Positions 52,585-64,000 of a stretch of DNA of 64,000 nucleotides are shown here, one piece after another; positions within the stretch are counted from its first letter, which is position 1; every line of letters begins with the position of its first letter. Origin of the DNA: Octopus bimaculoides (lineage: Eukaryota); NCBI RefSeq assembly GCF_001194135.2, contig NC_068994.1, forward strand, positions 2,914,519-2,978,518, read 5' to 3'. The notes beneath the pieces are model-generated. The model was given only the letters and a program-made list of their open reading frames with translations. It did not search any database and was not told the DNA's origin. The position numbers were made by a program, and so were the translations under genes.

Positions 52585-52745
52585 GTCTGTCTTTACGTTC
52601 TGAGTTCAAATTCTGCCGAGGTCGACTTTGCCTCCCATCCTTTTGGGGTCAATAAATTAAGTACCAGTTGCGTACTGGGGTTGATCTAATCAACTGGCCC
52701 CCTCCCCCAAGATTTCGGGCCTTGTGCCTAGAGTAGAAAAGAATA
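52585..52745 (+). mobile_element. SINE family A copy
   Basis: cgtctgtctttacgttctgagttcaaattctgccgaggtcgactttgcc...agtaccagttgcgtactgggg...gggccttgtgcctagagtagaaaagaat. Confidence 0.8.
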
Positions 52746-52884
52746 TTGTCTCTGATATTAGTGTTGCTATTTTGTATTCTTATGTTAGTTTCAGCCATCA
52801 TTTCTATCAAACCTTTATCTCACAGGACATAGAGTCACAACATAAACATCACTATATTTTAGACCAGGGTAAACATAACGGTAG

Positions 52885-52932
<48 letters not shown>

Positions 52933-53172
52933 TTATATCATCCTCATTTTTGTCAGCCTTCCATTGCTGGCATGGTTTGGATGACTTGTCACAGACTGAG
53001 TCAAATCCTGTTTCAGATAAGGGACCATTCCTCTTGTCTCACTCATGCATTCCATTTCTGGCATGTTTTATATGGTTGAATGTCCTTTCTATTGCCAACC
53101 AATATTTTGGGTGCATTTTATCATGGCATCAGTGCTAGAGACATTGTCTTGTCACCAAGGATACCTCCAGTG

Positions 53173-53182
53173 NNNNNNNNNN
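53173..53182. other. 10-N assembly gap with duplicated flanks
   Basis: tggcatcagtgctagagacattgtcttgtcaccaaggatacctccagtg appears directly before and after the Ns. Confidence 0.9.
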
Positions 53183-53390
53183 TGGCATCAGTGCTAGAGA
53201 CATTGTCTTGTCACCAAGGATACCTCCAGTGTTCCCAAGGTGTGTGCAGCATTGTCCTTTAAGGATGTAGACCACTGATTGTGCTTTTCTGTTGTGTAGA
53301 ATATGTGCTGCCTGAATTGTATAATTTTGTTGGGTGGTGATTGTGTTTCTTGTGTTGAGTAATTCACTGTCAGACAGTAACTGTGTTGTG

Positions 53391-53427
<37 letters not shown>

Positions 53428-54499
53428 TCGTTTGTATGGCAGTAATAAGTTTCAGTTGTGTAGAGTGAGTTGTTGGTGTTATACAATTGTATGTCCTAGG
53501 TATAGTATGTAGAGAGAGTTGTAATCCAAACTGTGTTCTCTTGAAACATGTTGTGCATTCCAGTATGTCAGACTTGTATGTGGATCCTATATTTGTGTGA
53601 GGTATGCATAAGAGTTGAAAATACTGAGAAATATTTTCGCAGAGTAATTACATATCAAAACAGAAGATTGGAAACTAACATTTTTACTTCTTCTTAATCT
53701 CCTGTTTTGATATAGCATACATAGTATGTACATAAAGTGCTCCTGGAGGCATGAAGATAGTTTCAGTCTGTTACTGTAAGAATGGGAACACATGTCTTCA
53801 GTCCTGCAGTGTGCTTCAACTTCCATGATTTTACCACAAACCTGAAAGTAAACATTGAATATTTGTACAACATATCAGCCAAGAAGAGCTCCGTTGACAT
53901 GCACATATTCATTCTGGTAGAAACTAAATTTAAGGGAAGAATGAAATAATTTTTCATTGTTTTATGAACTTTCCCACCTTGTTTTGTTTGGCAAAATATT
54001 TACTTTTGGTTATTTCAAAATCTTTATCTTCAACTGTTTATTTTTGAGTGCCATATATCTTTATTGTAGTATTAGTTGTACAAGTTGTTCTATCAGTACT
54101 TCCATGTCAATAAAAGCCCATAGTTTTCCAACATTACATTGTTGATTTTCAGTTATATAGGAGTGTGTTTAATTTCATTGAGTATTGATGGTGTTTAATG
54201 TTACATTGTGTTATTTGGTGTTGATTCTATAGACTATGAATCTGTGTTATTATATTTTGTGCTTATTGTATTGTATATGTGCTGGTGCACTGTATGAGTT
54301 GTGCTATTGGATTCAAAGTATTTGTGTAGGATGTGGACTGTGCTACACAAAGTTACCTTGTGAACTGTGTGTAATGTTGTAAGCACTGGTGTGGCTTGTA
54401 TATTTTTGTTCATTTTTAACAAACCTAGTATTTTAATTATCATCGGTACTGTTTAATTATCATCAGTACTGTTTCAGCATGTCCCTTTATGCTAGAGAG

Positions 54500-55130
54500 A
54501 CCCCCCAGTAGAGGGAACCTGTGGAAGAGGTAAGTAAACCCAGGAAGTCCTGGGATGAGGTAGTGAAGCACAGCCTTTGAATGTTAGGACTCACGGAGAC
54601 AATGACGAGTGACTGAGACCTTTTGAGATATGTTGTGCTTAAGAAGACTTGGCAACCCAAGTGAGACCATAACGTGGCCTATGCCTGTGAAGCATAATCA
54701 GCCCATTTAAGAGTACCCTTCAATTACTGGTCAATAAACGGTGCTTGTGAAGACCTGTTGAGTCAAGTGAAGTCGTTGTCGTACCCGATGCCAGTACCAC
54801 CTGACTGGCGCCCATGTTGGTGGCACGTAAAAAGTACCATTCGAGCGCGTTCGATGCCAGTGCTGCCTAACTGGTTCTGTGCTGGTGGTATGCAAAAAGC
54901 ACCATTCGAGCATGTTTGTTGCCAGTGCTGCCAGACTGGCTCTCGTGCCGGTGGCACATAAAAAGCACCCACTACACTCTTGGAGTGGTTGGCGTAATGA
55001 AGGGCATCCAGTTGTAGAAACTTTGCCAGATCAAATTGGAGCTTGGTACAGCCTTCTGACTTGCCAGTCCTCAGTCAAACTGTCCAACCCATGCCAGCAT
55101 GGAAAGCGGACGTTAAACGACGGTGAGCAT
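54500..55130 (+). mobile_element. RTE-LINE 3' end / family C repeat
   Basis: gagggaacctgtggaagagg...cccaggaagtcctgggatgaggtagtgaagcac through cccatgccagcatggaaagcggacgttaaacg; inverse of 2925-3800. Confidence 0.75.
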
Positions 55131-55421
55131 GATATATAAAATTTTCAAAAGAACGCCTCAGATGAGTATTGTTTACAACGTCTAGGGGAGATAACTCTAA
55201 TGTAAACCCGGACTATTTCTTCACACTAATAGGAACACGTAAAAACATTTAATTTTAATGATTTTCTTTCACAATTTTCAAATCTATTTTTAATGTACAG
55301 TACTCCAAGGTTTATATTTGATGAACTTTCATGTCAAAATTTTTCTTTAAGCTGGTATTAAACCATTTCTATTATACTTGTAGAAATATTCAATAATAAT
55401 GAGGAATGAAGAGTTGCAGTC

Positions 55422-58039
55422 ATGAATGAAAACATTTTTTACTTGGTGTGTTTGCTATATACACAACAGTCTCTTGTAATGTCTGTAGACATCACCTACC
55501 ATGTCAACGAAGAAGACAGTCCTCATACCTATATAGGAGACATTGCTGTTGACTCTAACTTATCACACCCTCTCACACATCAACAACACACTCTCATTAC
55601 ATTTACACAACTACAAAGGACAGTCGAGAGTGGTTCTCACTTATTTAATGTCACCAACTCAGGAAAACTATACACTACTCAAACACTGGATGCTGAGTCT
55701 CTGTGTACATACAACAAGGAATGTTCCAGAATAGTTAAAGTAGCAGTGAGGAAAGGAAAAACTTTCATGAAGATTTTGAAGGTGAAAATAATAATAGAAG
55801 ACATCAATGACCATTCTCCAGAATTTACGGATGATGAAATAGGTATCAAGTTTGCAGAGGATAGTCTGAAAGGAAATAAGAAAAAAATTCCATATGCTAT
55901 AGACAGAGATATTACCGTCATAAATTCCCAAATTTCATATAACATAAAATACCATAAAAGAGAACCATTTTCTTTGTATATGGCAAAAGATAATGATGGT
56001 GTTTTTATACCTGAACTGACGTTAGAAGACAAATTAGACAGGGAAGTAAAGGATTTGTATATATTGACCTTAGAGGCTAAAGATGGCGGGAAAATTCCGA
56101 AAACAGCTACGCTCAAGGTACGCATATCTGTGACAGATGTTAATGATAACACACCTGTATTTTCACAGAAACTCTACAACATCTCTATAAATAATTCACA
56201 TCAAAGACATTTACCAATTCTTACTTTAAAAGCCACAGATCAAGATTCTGGACAAAATGGAAAGATATCTTATCATTTCAACCATAAAACATCTCAAAAT
56301 ATCCAGAAATATTTTGTATTGGATAAGAAAACAGGAGATTTATTTTTACATGATAATTTTCACTTTAGTAAGATGCAGTCTTTATTTATAGAAGCAAGAG
56401 ATGGAGGGAATCCACCACTAAAGTCGGTAGCCAGAATTCACATTTATGTAATTAATAACCAAAACAATGTTCCATTGATAAATATAGATTTTGTATCTCC
56501 TTTAACAGAGAGTTCCACAGCTGTTTCAGAAAACAGTGAAGTAGATAGTTTTATAGCTTATGTTATGGTCACTGACACTGATAGTGGACCCAATGGTGAG
56601 GTTATCTGTGATTTAAAACATGATAAGTTTAAACTTGCCAAAATAGATTCTAAAGAATATAAGATAATTATTAAGGGCCATCTTGACAGAGAAATAAGGG
56701 ACCACTATAAAGTATCTATTGTGTGTCATGACATGGGGTCACCTCAACTAGAAAGTAAAAAATATTTCTCTGTCAAAGTAACTGATGTCAATGATGTAGA
56801 ACCACATTTTACCAAAGAGACATTCCAATTCCTCACCTATGAAAACCAGAAAGTTGACTTCCCTATTGGCTTCATCAATGCTACAGACCCTGATCTTGAA
56901 GATGGAGGCCAACTTACATATTCTATCATCAATGATAACAACAATGATAACATTCCATTCCAACTGACAAAATATGGATTTATTTCTACATCACAATCAA
57001 TAGATCGAGAAATGNNNNNNNNNNNNNNNNNNNNNNNNNNNNNNNNNNNNNNNNNNNNNNNNNNNNNNNNNNNNNNNNNNNNNNNNNNNNNNNNNNNNNN
57101 NNNNNNNNNNNNNNNNNNNNNNNNNNNNNNNNNNNNNNNNNNNNNNNNNNNNNNNNNNNNNNNNNNNNNNNNNNNNNNNNNNNNNNNNNNNNNNNNNNNN
57201 NNNNNNNNNNNNNNNNNNNNNNNNNNNNNNNNNNNNNNNNNNNNNNNNNNNNNNNNNNNNNNNNNNNNNNNNNNNNNNNNNNNNNNNNNNNNNNNNNNNN
57301 NNNNNNNNNNNNNNNNNNNNNNNNNNNNNNNNNNNNNNNNNNNNNNNNNNNNNNNNNNNNNNNNNNNNNNNNNNNNNNNNNNNNNNNNNNNNNNNNNNNN
57401 NNNNNNNNNNNNNNNNNNNNNNNNNNNNNNNNNNNNNNNNNNNNNNNNNNNNNNNNNNNNNNNNNNNNNNNNNNNNNNNNNNNNNNNNNNNNNNNNNNNN
57501 NNNNNNNNNNNNNNNNNNNNNNNNNNNNNNNNNNNNNNNNNNNNNNNNNNNNNNNNNNNNNNNNNNNNNNNNNNNNNNNNNNNNNNNNNNNNNNNNNNNN
57601 NNNNNNNNNNNNNNNNNNNNNNNNNNNNNNNNNNNNNNNNNNNNNNNNNNNNNNNNNNNNNNNNNNNNNNNNNNNNNNNNNNNNNNNNNNNNNNNNNNNN
57701 NNNNNNNNNNNNNNNNNNATAATTATCATTGTAGCAGCAGCTGTAATACTATCTGTGGCTATTGTAGTGTCCATAACACTGTGTGTTTTCAGATGTATTA
57801 ATCACACAAATGACTCACCTACAACTGCAGATAATCCCAACTTTCTCTCTCAGACTGAGATGAGACAATTACTATATCAGACTAACAATCCTGTTGCAAT
57901 AACAAGAAATGCAGAAGAGATATTTAACCGAAATCTTCAGACAATAAAATCTAAAAGTCAGTTTTTTCTGGAAATGGAACAGACACCAGATGAGTGGAAA
58001 TTCTCAACAACACAAAGGAGACTTCCACCTGTGCCTCAG
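55422..58039 (+). CDS. Protocadherin D, large exon (EC5-EC6 partly in an N gap; integrity unproven)
   Basis: Open from ATG 55422 through EC5 to the gap at 57015; TM and RRLPPVPQ after the gap; donor cctcag|gtaaac at 58039; acceptor ttgtag at 55383. Confidence 0.85.
57015..57718. other. 704-N assembly gap
   Basis: Run of N in the EC5-EC6 region. Confidence 1.
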
Positions 58040-58382
58040 GTAAACACAATTTTAGCTGTTGTATCTTAAATCTCATGTAAATATCATTTTGGAAAAAAAA
58101 TGTTTTTGTTTTATTTCTTATTATTATAAAAATTATTTTATCCATTATTCACATCTGTACAGTTATTACTACATAAAACTCAACTTCAGTCACTTGTGTG
58201 TACAACATTTTTTATGTCTTTAGCTAATATTTATTGCAACGCTCTCACAGTTGAATTGATTATTCTTTATAATTTTAGAGATATCAAAAGACATACAATA
58301 TTCATTATAGAAATACAAACTGAATAATTAGGAGTGATCTAAACTTGTATTTATACAGGATTTCTCCTTATATAATCAACAG

Positions 58383-58521
58383 AGATGTGATTCAATCCAT
58401 AGTCAAGAACGTCGCACCAGTTGCAACTACAACAGTGGCTCCTTAACATCCCAAAAGGACAGAGAAGCTAGCAAGAGTAATGGCAAGACTAAACCATATG
58501 ATGAGACACCTGCAGAACCAG
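58383..58521 (+). CDS. Protocadherin D penultimate cytoplasmic exon
   Basis: atcaacag acceptor; RCDSIHSQERRTSCNYNSGSLTSQKDREASKSNGKTKPYDETPAEP; 139 bp, phase 0 to 1; donor g|gtaact. Confidence 0.8.
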
Positions 58522-58686
58522 GTAACTTTTATCGAAACATAACATATAAATGTAATTACCTTTATTACTGTAGGACAATATATAATGTTATGCTTAGTGT
58601 AATATAAGATCAATGTTTCTATCTTTTATATATTGGAATTGTTATATTGAAATGTAATTTGTGTTTGTATATTTGATATTTTGCAG

Positions 58687-58766
58687 AATATACCAATGAC
58701 AATCCAGTTGCAGCCACAATACTAAAGGGACAACAAATACAAGATACCTATCTACAGCCAACATAA
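58687..58766 (+). CDS. Protocadherin D terminal exon
   Basis: ttttgcag acceptor; (E)YTNDNPVAATILKGQQIQDTYLQPT*; 80 bp. Confidence 0.82.
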
Positions 58767-59574
58767 TAGATGTTCCATGACTATTGTTAAATGATTCTCT
58801 CACACACCAAATCTTATACAATACTTTATATTCATATAAAAATATCAACTCTATGTTTCTTTCACACATCACACATAAGGGCTTTACATTGGCATCTGTT
58901 ATGACCCCTAATTTACATTTCTGATGCATTAAATGCTAGAAACACCTTATTTTATATTACCATAGTACATTATTATAAAATTATTTTTTTACTTTCATTT
59001 TGGTATAGGCATTTCACTAAACATAGATAAATTAATCTGAGTCATCCAAGAATGTTTAATTGTGGCATCTTTTAGTTTCACACCAATTCTAATATGTATC
59101 TTCTGCTGTTTTATCTTTATTTACAAATTTTGTCTTTGCATTTTCTTACTGTATCAACTTTAGAAGTACTTTTACTAATTACCAAATTGATAATTGTTTT
59201 AGACGTAAATAGCTCACTTCCAGCATACTACAAATAGCTAATCATATTTTAAAATAGCAAAGTTTCATCTTTTACAAAGTGGCATATTGAAGATAAATTA
59301 GTATATTTCTAGAAAATAATTTTTGCATTCAAAATAATTTATTTGAAAATATTTTCATTTCCACACTTAAAATTAGGTTAATTTAAACTTTAATTAAAAT
59401 GAACTTTAAAAGTGATCAAATTTTGGTTATCTTTTACTAAGATTTACATCTCTCTGCAGAAATATTTAAAATTGTATAATAATAAGTTTTGAATTTCTCA
59501 AGTAAATTTTTAATTTCTGGACAGAAAATATGTAATATGGTGATATTATTACATATCAACTATGAAGTTCCTTG

Positions 59575-60013
59575 TGTTTAACATGACTTCCCTTATTTGA
59601 TGTGTTTGTGTGACACAGACATCATTGCAGTAATTTCCTATTGGATGAGAGAGATTTTCTAGATTTCTTTCAATATTGAAAGTGAGGCTGATAGCTTTTT
59701 TCTTTGTTCATCATACACACAATTGTGTGTGTGTGTGTGGAGGACATAGAGTTGTAACTAGCACACACCAGCATCTGGCTAACATCTCACCTCCCACTAC
59801 ATACAGCAACTGTCACACTATTATATCAGCAGTTACACAGGAACACCACCACCACTACAACAACAGCAGCAGCAGTAACACAGGAACACTACTACAACAG
59901 CAGCAGTACCACTATAATACCACTGCAGCAGCAGCAGCAGTTAGAGTGGAACACTACAGCAGGATACACATCATCCATCACACACAACTACAGTGAAGGA
60001 TTAAACAATGCAG
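59575..60013 (+). promoter_or_regulatory. Putative promoter plus non-coding first exon of gene E
   Basis: Near-identical to 50433-50875; ends gattaaacaatgcag|gtaagt. Confidence 0.6.
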
Positions 60014-62309
60014 GTAAGTCTCTCTCTTTCTCTTTCTTCTCTTTTCATATTTATTATAACATTTGTTTAATATGTGTTTCTAATGAAAGACGGTAAGGAT
60101 AATATCTAAAATGTCTGCCATGTTGTATATTTATATACACAGGGACTGGGATAGTGGAGGATCGAGAGATCTAGCCATCATTTCCACCATTAATAGCAAC
60201 AACCATTGCAGTAGTCATTGTAATACAATTACTTTGAACTGGATTATGTCTTTTAATGTCAGAATCACGCAAGAAACATCTATACAAGAAGTATTAAACT
60301 ATATATTTTGCTGTGATATCTCTTATATATAATGGTTTAATATTGTCCAAATAGATATATGTATATGTGGTGTGTGTGTGTATTATTTAACTGTCAAAAC
60401 ATTGATTATAGCCAATAATACTGGGTGTTAATAATGTATGTCAATATAGTTTATGTTTTGCCATAATAATTCACTAAGCTTTTAATGACTTCTAACAAAT
60501 CACTAATATCCCTATATATATATATATATATCCATTATATATCCATTATATAATCCTTCGTGCATTATAAGCAAAGAATGTTCCTCATCACCATCATCAT
60601 CCTCAATATCATTACAATGGATGATAAATATAATCTTGTCTAGCTTTCTTATTCAGATATTTTGTGTGAAATATAAACTTATTTTGTTATCATGTTGATC
60701 CATAACAGAGTTTTATTGAAACAATCCTGTTGTTCATCTGTTTCTCTCATTTGCAGTGTAAGTGAAGAGATAATGGTTGCAGTCATGTTGTCTATGACAA
60801 GTCTGATTGTAATTGTTTGGGTATATTCTCTGACTGCCTCAGTTTCTTTATCTATCCTTTTGTCTGCCTCCAATATGATTACTTCAACTTCCCAGTGCTG
60901 TTACCTATCCAGAAGAATATAGACATGACTTTTGCCTCTAAAAAGTTTAACTGCGGCTCCCCTCTTCTACACATTATACATCTACTGGCTTCATCTCTAC
61001 AATCTCTCCAGACCTAACTTTTTATTGTCTCGATCTTCCTGTTGGCAGCCCTGGAGTGATTTACCTAATAAAAGGAAGAGGATTCCTATTTTGGGGTTGG
61101 TTGTTGTTTGAAATTTCTGTTCTGTGCATTCAATAGATGACAGTTGTGGAGCTTTCTCCTGTGGTCAGATGTTTCCATCTAATGACTCCATACTGTGCAT
61201 AACATAAATATTACAAGTGTTAGTTCTATCTATGCAATGAAAGTTTTACATAATATTGGCAGCCATCATAATTTTCACATAACTCTGTTGACTGGATACC
61301 CTTCCTATGATCATCCATTTCACAGTACGAACTAGCTGCATTTTATCATGCCACCATTACTAAACAGGCTTCTGTCAAGACTAAGCTGCCCTTCTGCCTT
61401 CTGCGAGGTTATTTTTTTCCTAGATGGCTTTACGTTGCCACAGCTTACAGAGTCAACATCTCTTCAGAGTATGTGATTTTTTGAAGTAACTGTTCTCTTA
61501 GATGGATTACATTTATTGCAGCTTGTAGGGAATATGTCTCCTTTGTGCAGACTTTAATTAAGAAACTATAATGCTGCTAGATATGCTCACAAGGTATCCA
61601 ACAAAAATTAATTATAGCTCTCAGTATATTGTAGCAGATAGAGGAGAAAAAGGGTAGAGAAAAGAAACAGGAACATATGAAAGGGAGAAAGAGAGAAGAA
61701 AGTGCAAAACTAAGACACAGAGAGACGTATGGTGGAATATGAGAGGGACATTGAGACGGTGATGAAGGAGAATATCATATAAATAGAGAGAAGTGAGGAC
61801 ACAGAAATACATATAAGGGGTTTTTGCTTTGTTTCTTATTAGACTGAATTCAAATAAAGGACTCTGGAACCTAGAAATAATAATTAAAACACTATAGAAT
61901 CCTTAAAAAGTTTTTGATGCTCCCTTGTCACTGGGAGCATTCATGTTATTTATATGCATCATTTCTAAGGAAATGCCATTTTCAGAATAGAATATATGTG
62001 TGCCTGAAGGTGTTTATATTGGTGTGTGTATTGAGGAATGGAGCTTGGCTTCAGATTTCTTCAAGAAGTATTGCACACACTTCTACAATATAAAGATATG
62101 TTTTGCATTACATTTATTCTTTCAACCAGAAATAGAATCATTAACAGCAGTATCAAATAATATTTTAACATATAACTACAGTGTGGATTAAATTCTTATA
62201 CATCCAAGTTTAGATTAAACATTTGTTATTAAGTATAGCAATGTAACTTAAAGAATCTCTGATTATTTACTCAACAAATATCCTTGCTTACTTTAATAGT
62301 AAGCCATTG

Positions 62310-62510
62310 TAAGTGGCAAGCAGCCAGAGCCATCAGCACATCGGGTAAAATGCTTCGAGGTATTTCATCCATCTTCACATTCTGAGGTTGATTTACCTTT
62401 TATCCTTTCAGGGTCAATCAAATAAATACCAGTTGAGCACTAGGATCAATATATGCCAATTAACACTTACCCAAAAATTGCTAGCCATATGCCATAATTT
62501 GGAACCAGTA
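62310..62510 (+). mobile_element. SINE family A copy (old)
   Basis: gtggcaagcagccagagccatcagcacatcgggtaaaatgc...tttaccttttatcctttcagggtcaatcaaataaataccagttgagcac. Confidence 0.65.
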
Positions 62511-62841
62511 TCAAGCCATTGTCTCTTTCTAAGTACTTTCTGAATAGTAAATCATGAAACTTGTCAAACCAAAATATTCTAAATGCAATTCTAAGCACAG
62601 AAAGGTTGCTGCCTTATTCCAAGGAAGTAGCATCATCTGTATATTGTGAGTTAGCGTGTTAGATTAGAAAAAATGCAATTTTAAATTATTTAGAGCACAT
62701 GAAAAAGATATACAAACAATTATCATTTATATAATGGTTATTATAGCTTTGAATGAACTTATTTTATTCTACTTAATGTTTAACTATTTGTTGTCTTTTA
62801 TAGCAATTTCTCCTACTGAAATGTGATGAAGAATTCCAGAC

Positions 62842-64000
62842 ATGACACCATATATTGGTCTACTGTGTCTTCTACATTTACTGATCACCCTTGTACTGTC
62901 CATAGATATTACATACCATGTCAAGGAAGAAGACAGTCCTCACACCTATATAGGAGACATTGCTGTTGACTCTAACTTATCACACCCTCTCACACATCAA
63001 CAACACACTCTCATTACATTTACACAACTACAAAGGACAGTCGAGAGTGGTTCTCACTTATTTAATGTCACCAACTCAGGAAAACTATACACTACTCAGA
63101 CACTGGATGCTGAGTCTCTGTGTACATACAACAAGGAATGTTCCAGAATAGTTAAAGTAGCAGTAAGGAAAGAAGAAACATTTATGAAAATATTAAGAAT
63201 TAAAATACTCATAGATGACATCAATGACCATTCTCCAGAGTTTCCACAGAATGAAGTTGAAATTGAATTTCTTGAGAGCCACCTTAAAGGTACTAAAATC
63301 TCTCTTCTTAATGCCATTGATGAAGATATTTCAATAAACAATTCTCAAATTACATATATGATTAAAAAAAGTAATAGAGAACCTTTTTCTCTCTCTGTCA
63401 CAAAACGTGATGGTATTTTTATACCTGAACTGATTCTAGACAACAAATTGGACAGGGAAATAAAAGATTCATATATGTTGATCTTGGAAGCTAAAGATGG
63501 AGGCAACTTTCCCAAAACAGCTACACTCAAGGTACACATAGCTGTAACAGATGTCAATGATAAGGTACCTGTATTTTCTCAGAAACTTTACAACATCTCT
63601 ATAAATAATTCGCATCAAAGACATTTACCAATTCTTACTTTAAAAGCCACAGATCAAGATTCTGGACAAAATGGAAAGATATCTTTTTATTTCAACCATA
63701 AAACATCTCGAAATATCCAGAAATATTTTGTATTAGATAAGAAAACTGGAGATTTATTTTTACATGATAATTTTCAGTTTACTAAGATGCAATCTTATAA
63801 ATTATTTATTGAAGCAAGGGATGGAGGAAAACCACCCAAAAAGTCTGTTGCAGCAGTTCAGATTCATGTAGTTAATAACCAGAATAATGCTCCGTTGATT
63901 AATATAGATTTTGTATCTCCTTTATCAGAGAGTTCCACAGCAGTTTCAGAAGCAAGTAAAATTGGTAGTTTTATAGCTTATGTTATGGTCACTGACATTG
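62842..64000 (+). CDS. Protocadherin E, 5' part of the large exon (runs off the window; absent from the ORF track)
   Basis: ATG ACA CCA... gives MTPYIGLLCLLHLLITLVLSIDITYHVKEEDSPHTYIGDIAVDSNL..., continuing through EC1-EC3 into EC4; acceptor cttttatag at 62803. Confidence 0.92.
   Translation, partial: MTPYIGLLCLLHLLITLVLSIDITYHVKEEDSPHTYIGDIAVDSNLSHPLTHQQHTLITFTQLQRTVESGSHLFNVTNSGKLYTTQTLDAESLCTYNKECSRIVKVAVRKEETFMKILRIKILIDDINDHSPEFPQNEVEIEFLESHLKGTKISLLNAIDEDISINNSQITYMIKKSNREPFSLSVTKRDGIFIPELILDNKLDREIKDSYMLILEAKDGGNFPKTATLKVHIAVTDVNDKVPVFSQKLYNISINNSHQRHLPILTLKATDQDSGQNGKISFYFNHKTSRNIQKYFVLDKKTGDLFLHDNFQFTKMQSYKLFIEARDGGKPPKKSVAAVQIHVVNNQNNAPLINIDFVSPLSESSTAVSEASKIGSFIAYVMVTDI

Noticed and set aside
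53123-53231. 49-bp direct repeat around 10 Ns
   Set aside because: Typical unmerged contig overlap, not biology.
53280-54400. Possible decayed Penelope-type reverse transcriptase on the minus strand (FYQNEYVHVNGALLG)
   Set aside because: Only faint resemblance and no catalytic DD motif found; needs a profile search.
2600-60013. Vertebrate-type CSE/CTCF promoter element or WIRS motif in tails
   Set aside because: I found no convincing CGCT-box/CTCF-like site upstream of the first exons and no hydrophobic-x-T/S-F motif in the tails by eye; a PWM scan would be needed to exclude them.

Overview
AT-rich eukaryotic DNA, most likely from an octopod cephalopod (inferred from the gene family and repeat types), containing a head-to-tail tandem protocadherin (Pcdh) cluster, all on the + strand. 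I read seven repeated units with a shared plan: a short non-coding first exon ending ATG(A/C)AG|GT, one ~2.4-kb exon encoding signal peptide, 6 cadherin (EC) repeats, TM and juxtamembrane tail (ends ...PQ|, phase 0), a 139-163-bp cytoplasmic exon (phase 0 to 1), and an 80-92-bp terminal exon ending TYL(E/Q)P. The units are: tail of an upstream gene (965-1543); a relic unit lacking the ectodomain exon (2747-5182); intact gene A (9225-13800); intact gene B (27386-34472); chimeric pseudogene C (47400-49543); gene D with an assembly gap (55422-58766); and the 5' part of gene E (62842 to window end). Notable points: EC5-EC6 DNA is almost identical among paralogs while EC2-EC4 diverge; the EC3-EC4 linker lacks calcium ligands; a predicted splice-created uORF has its stop overlapping the main start codon in three genes; each putative promoter lies about 0.6-1.4 kb after the previous stop codon; and tails carry SH3/SH2-type motifs. 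Introns hold a decayed Chapaev3-type DNA transposon with a nested REL-type LINE fragment, several SINE families, RTE-LINE tails, a tRNA-headed repeat with a Penelope-type hammerhead motif, mini- and microsatellites. Exon pairings are inferred from sequence alone, without transcript data.
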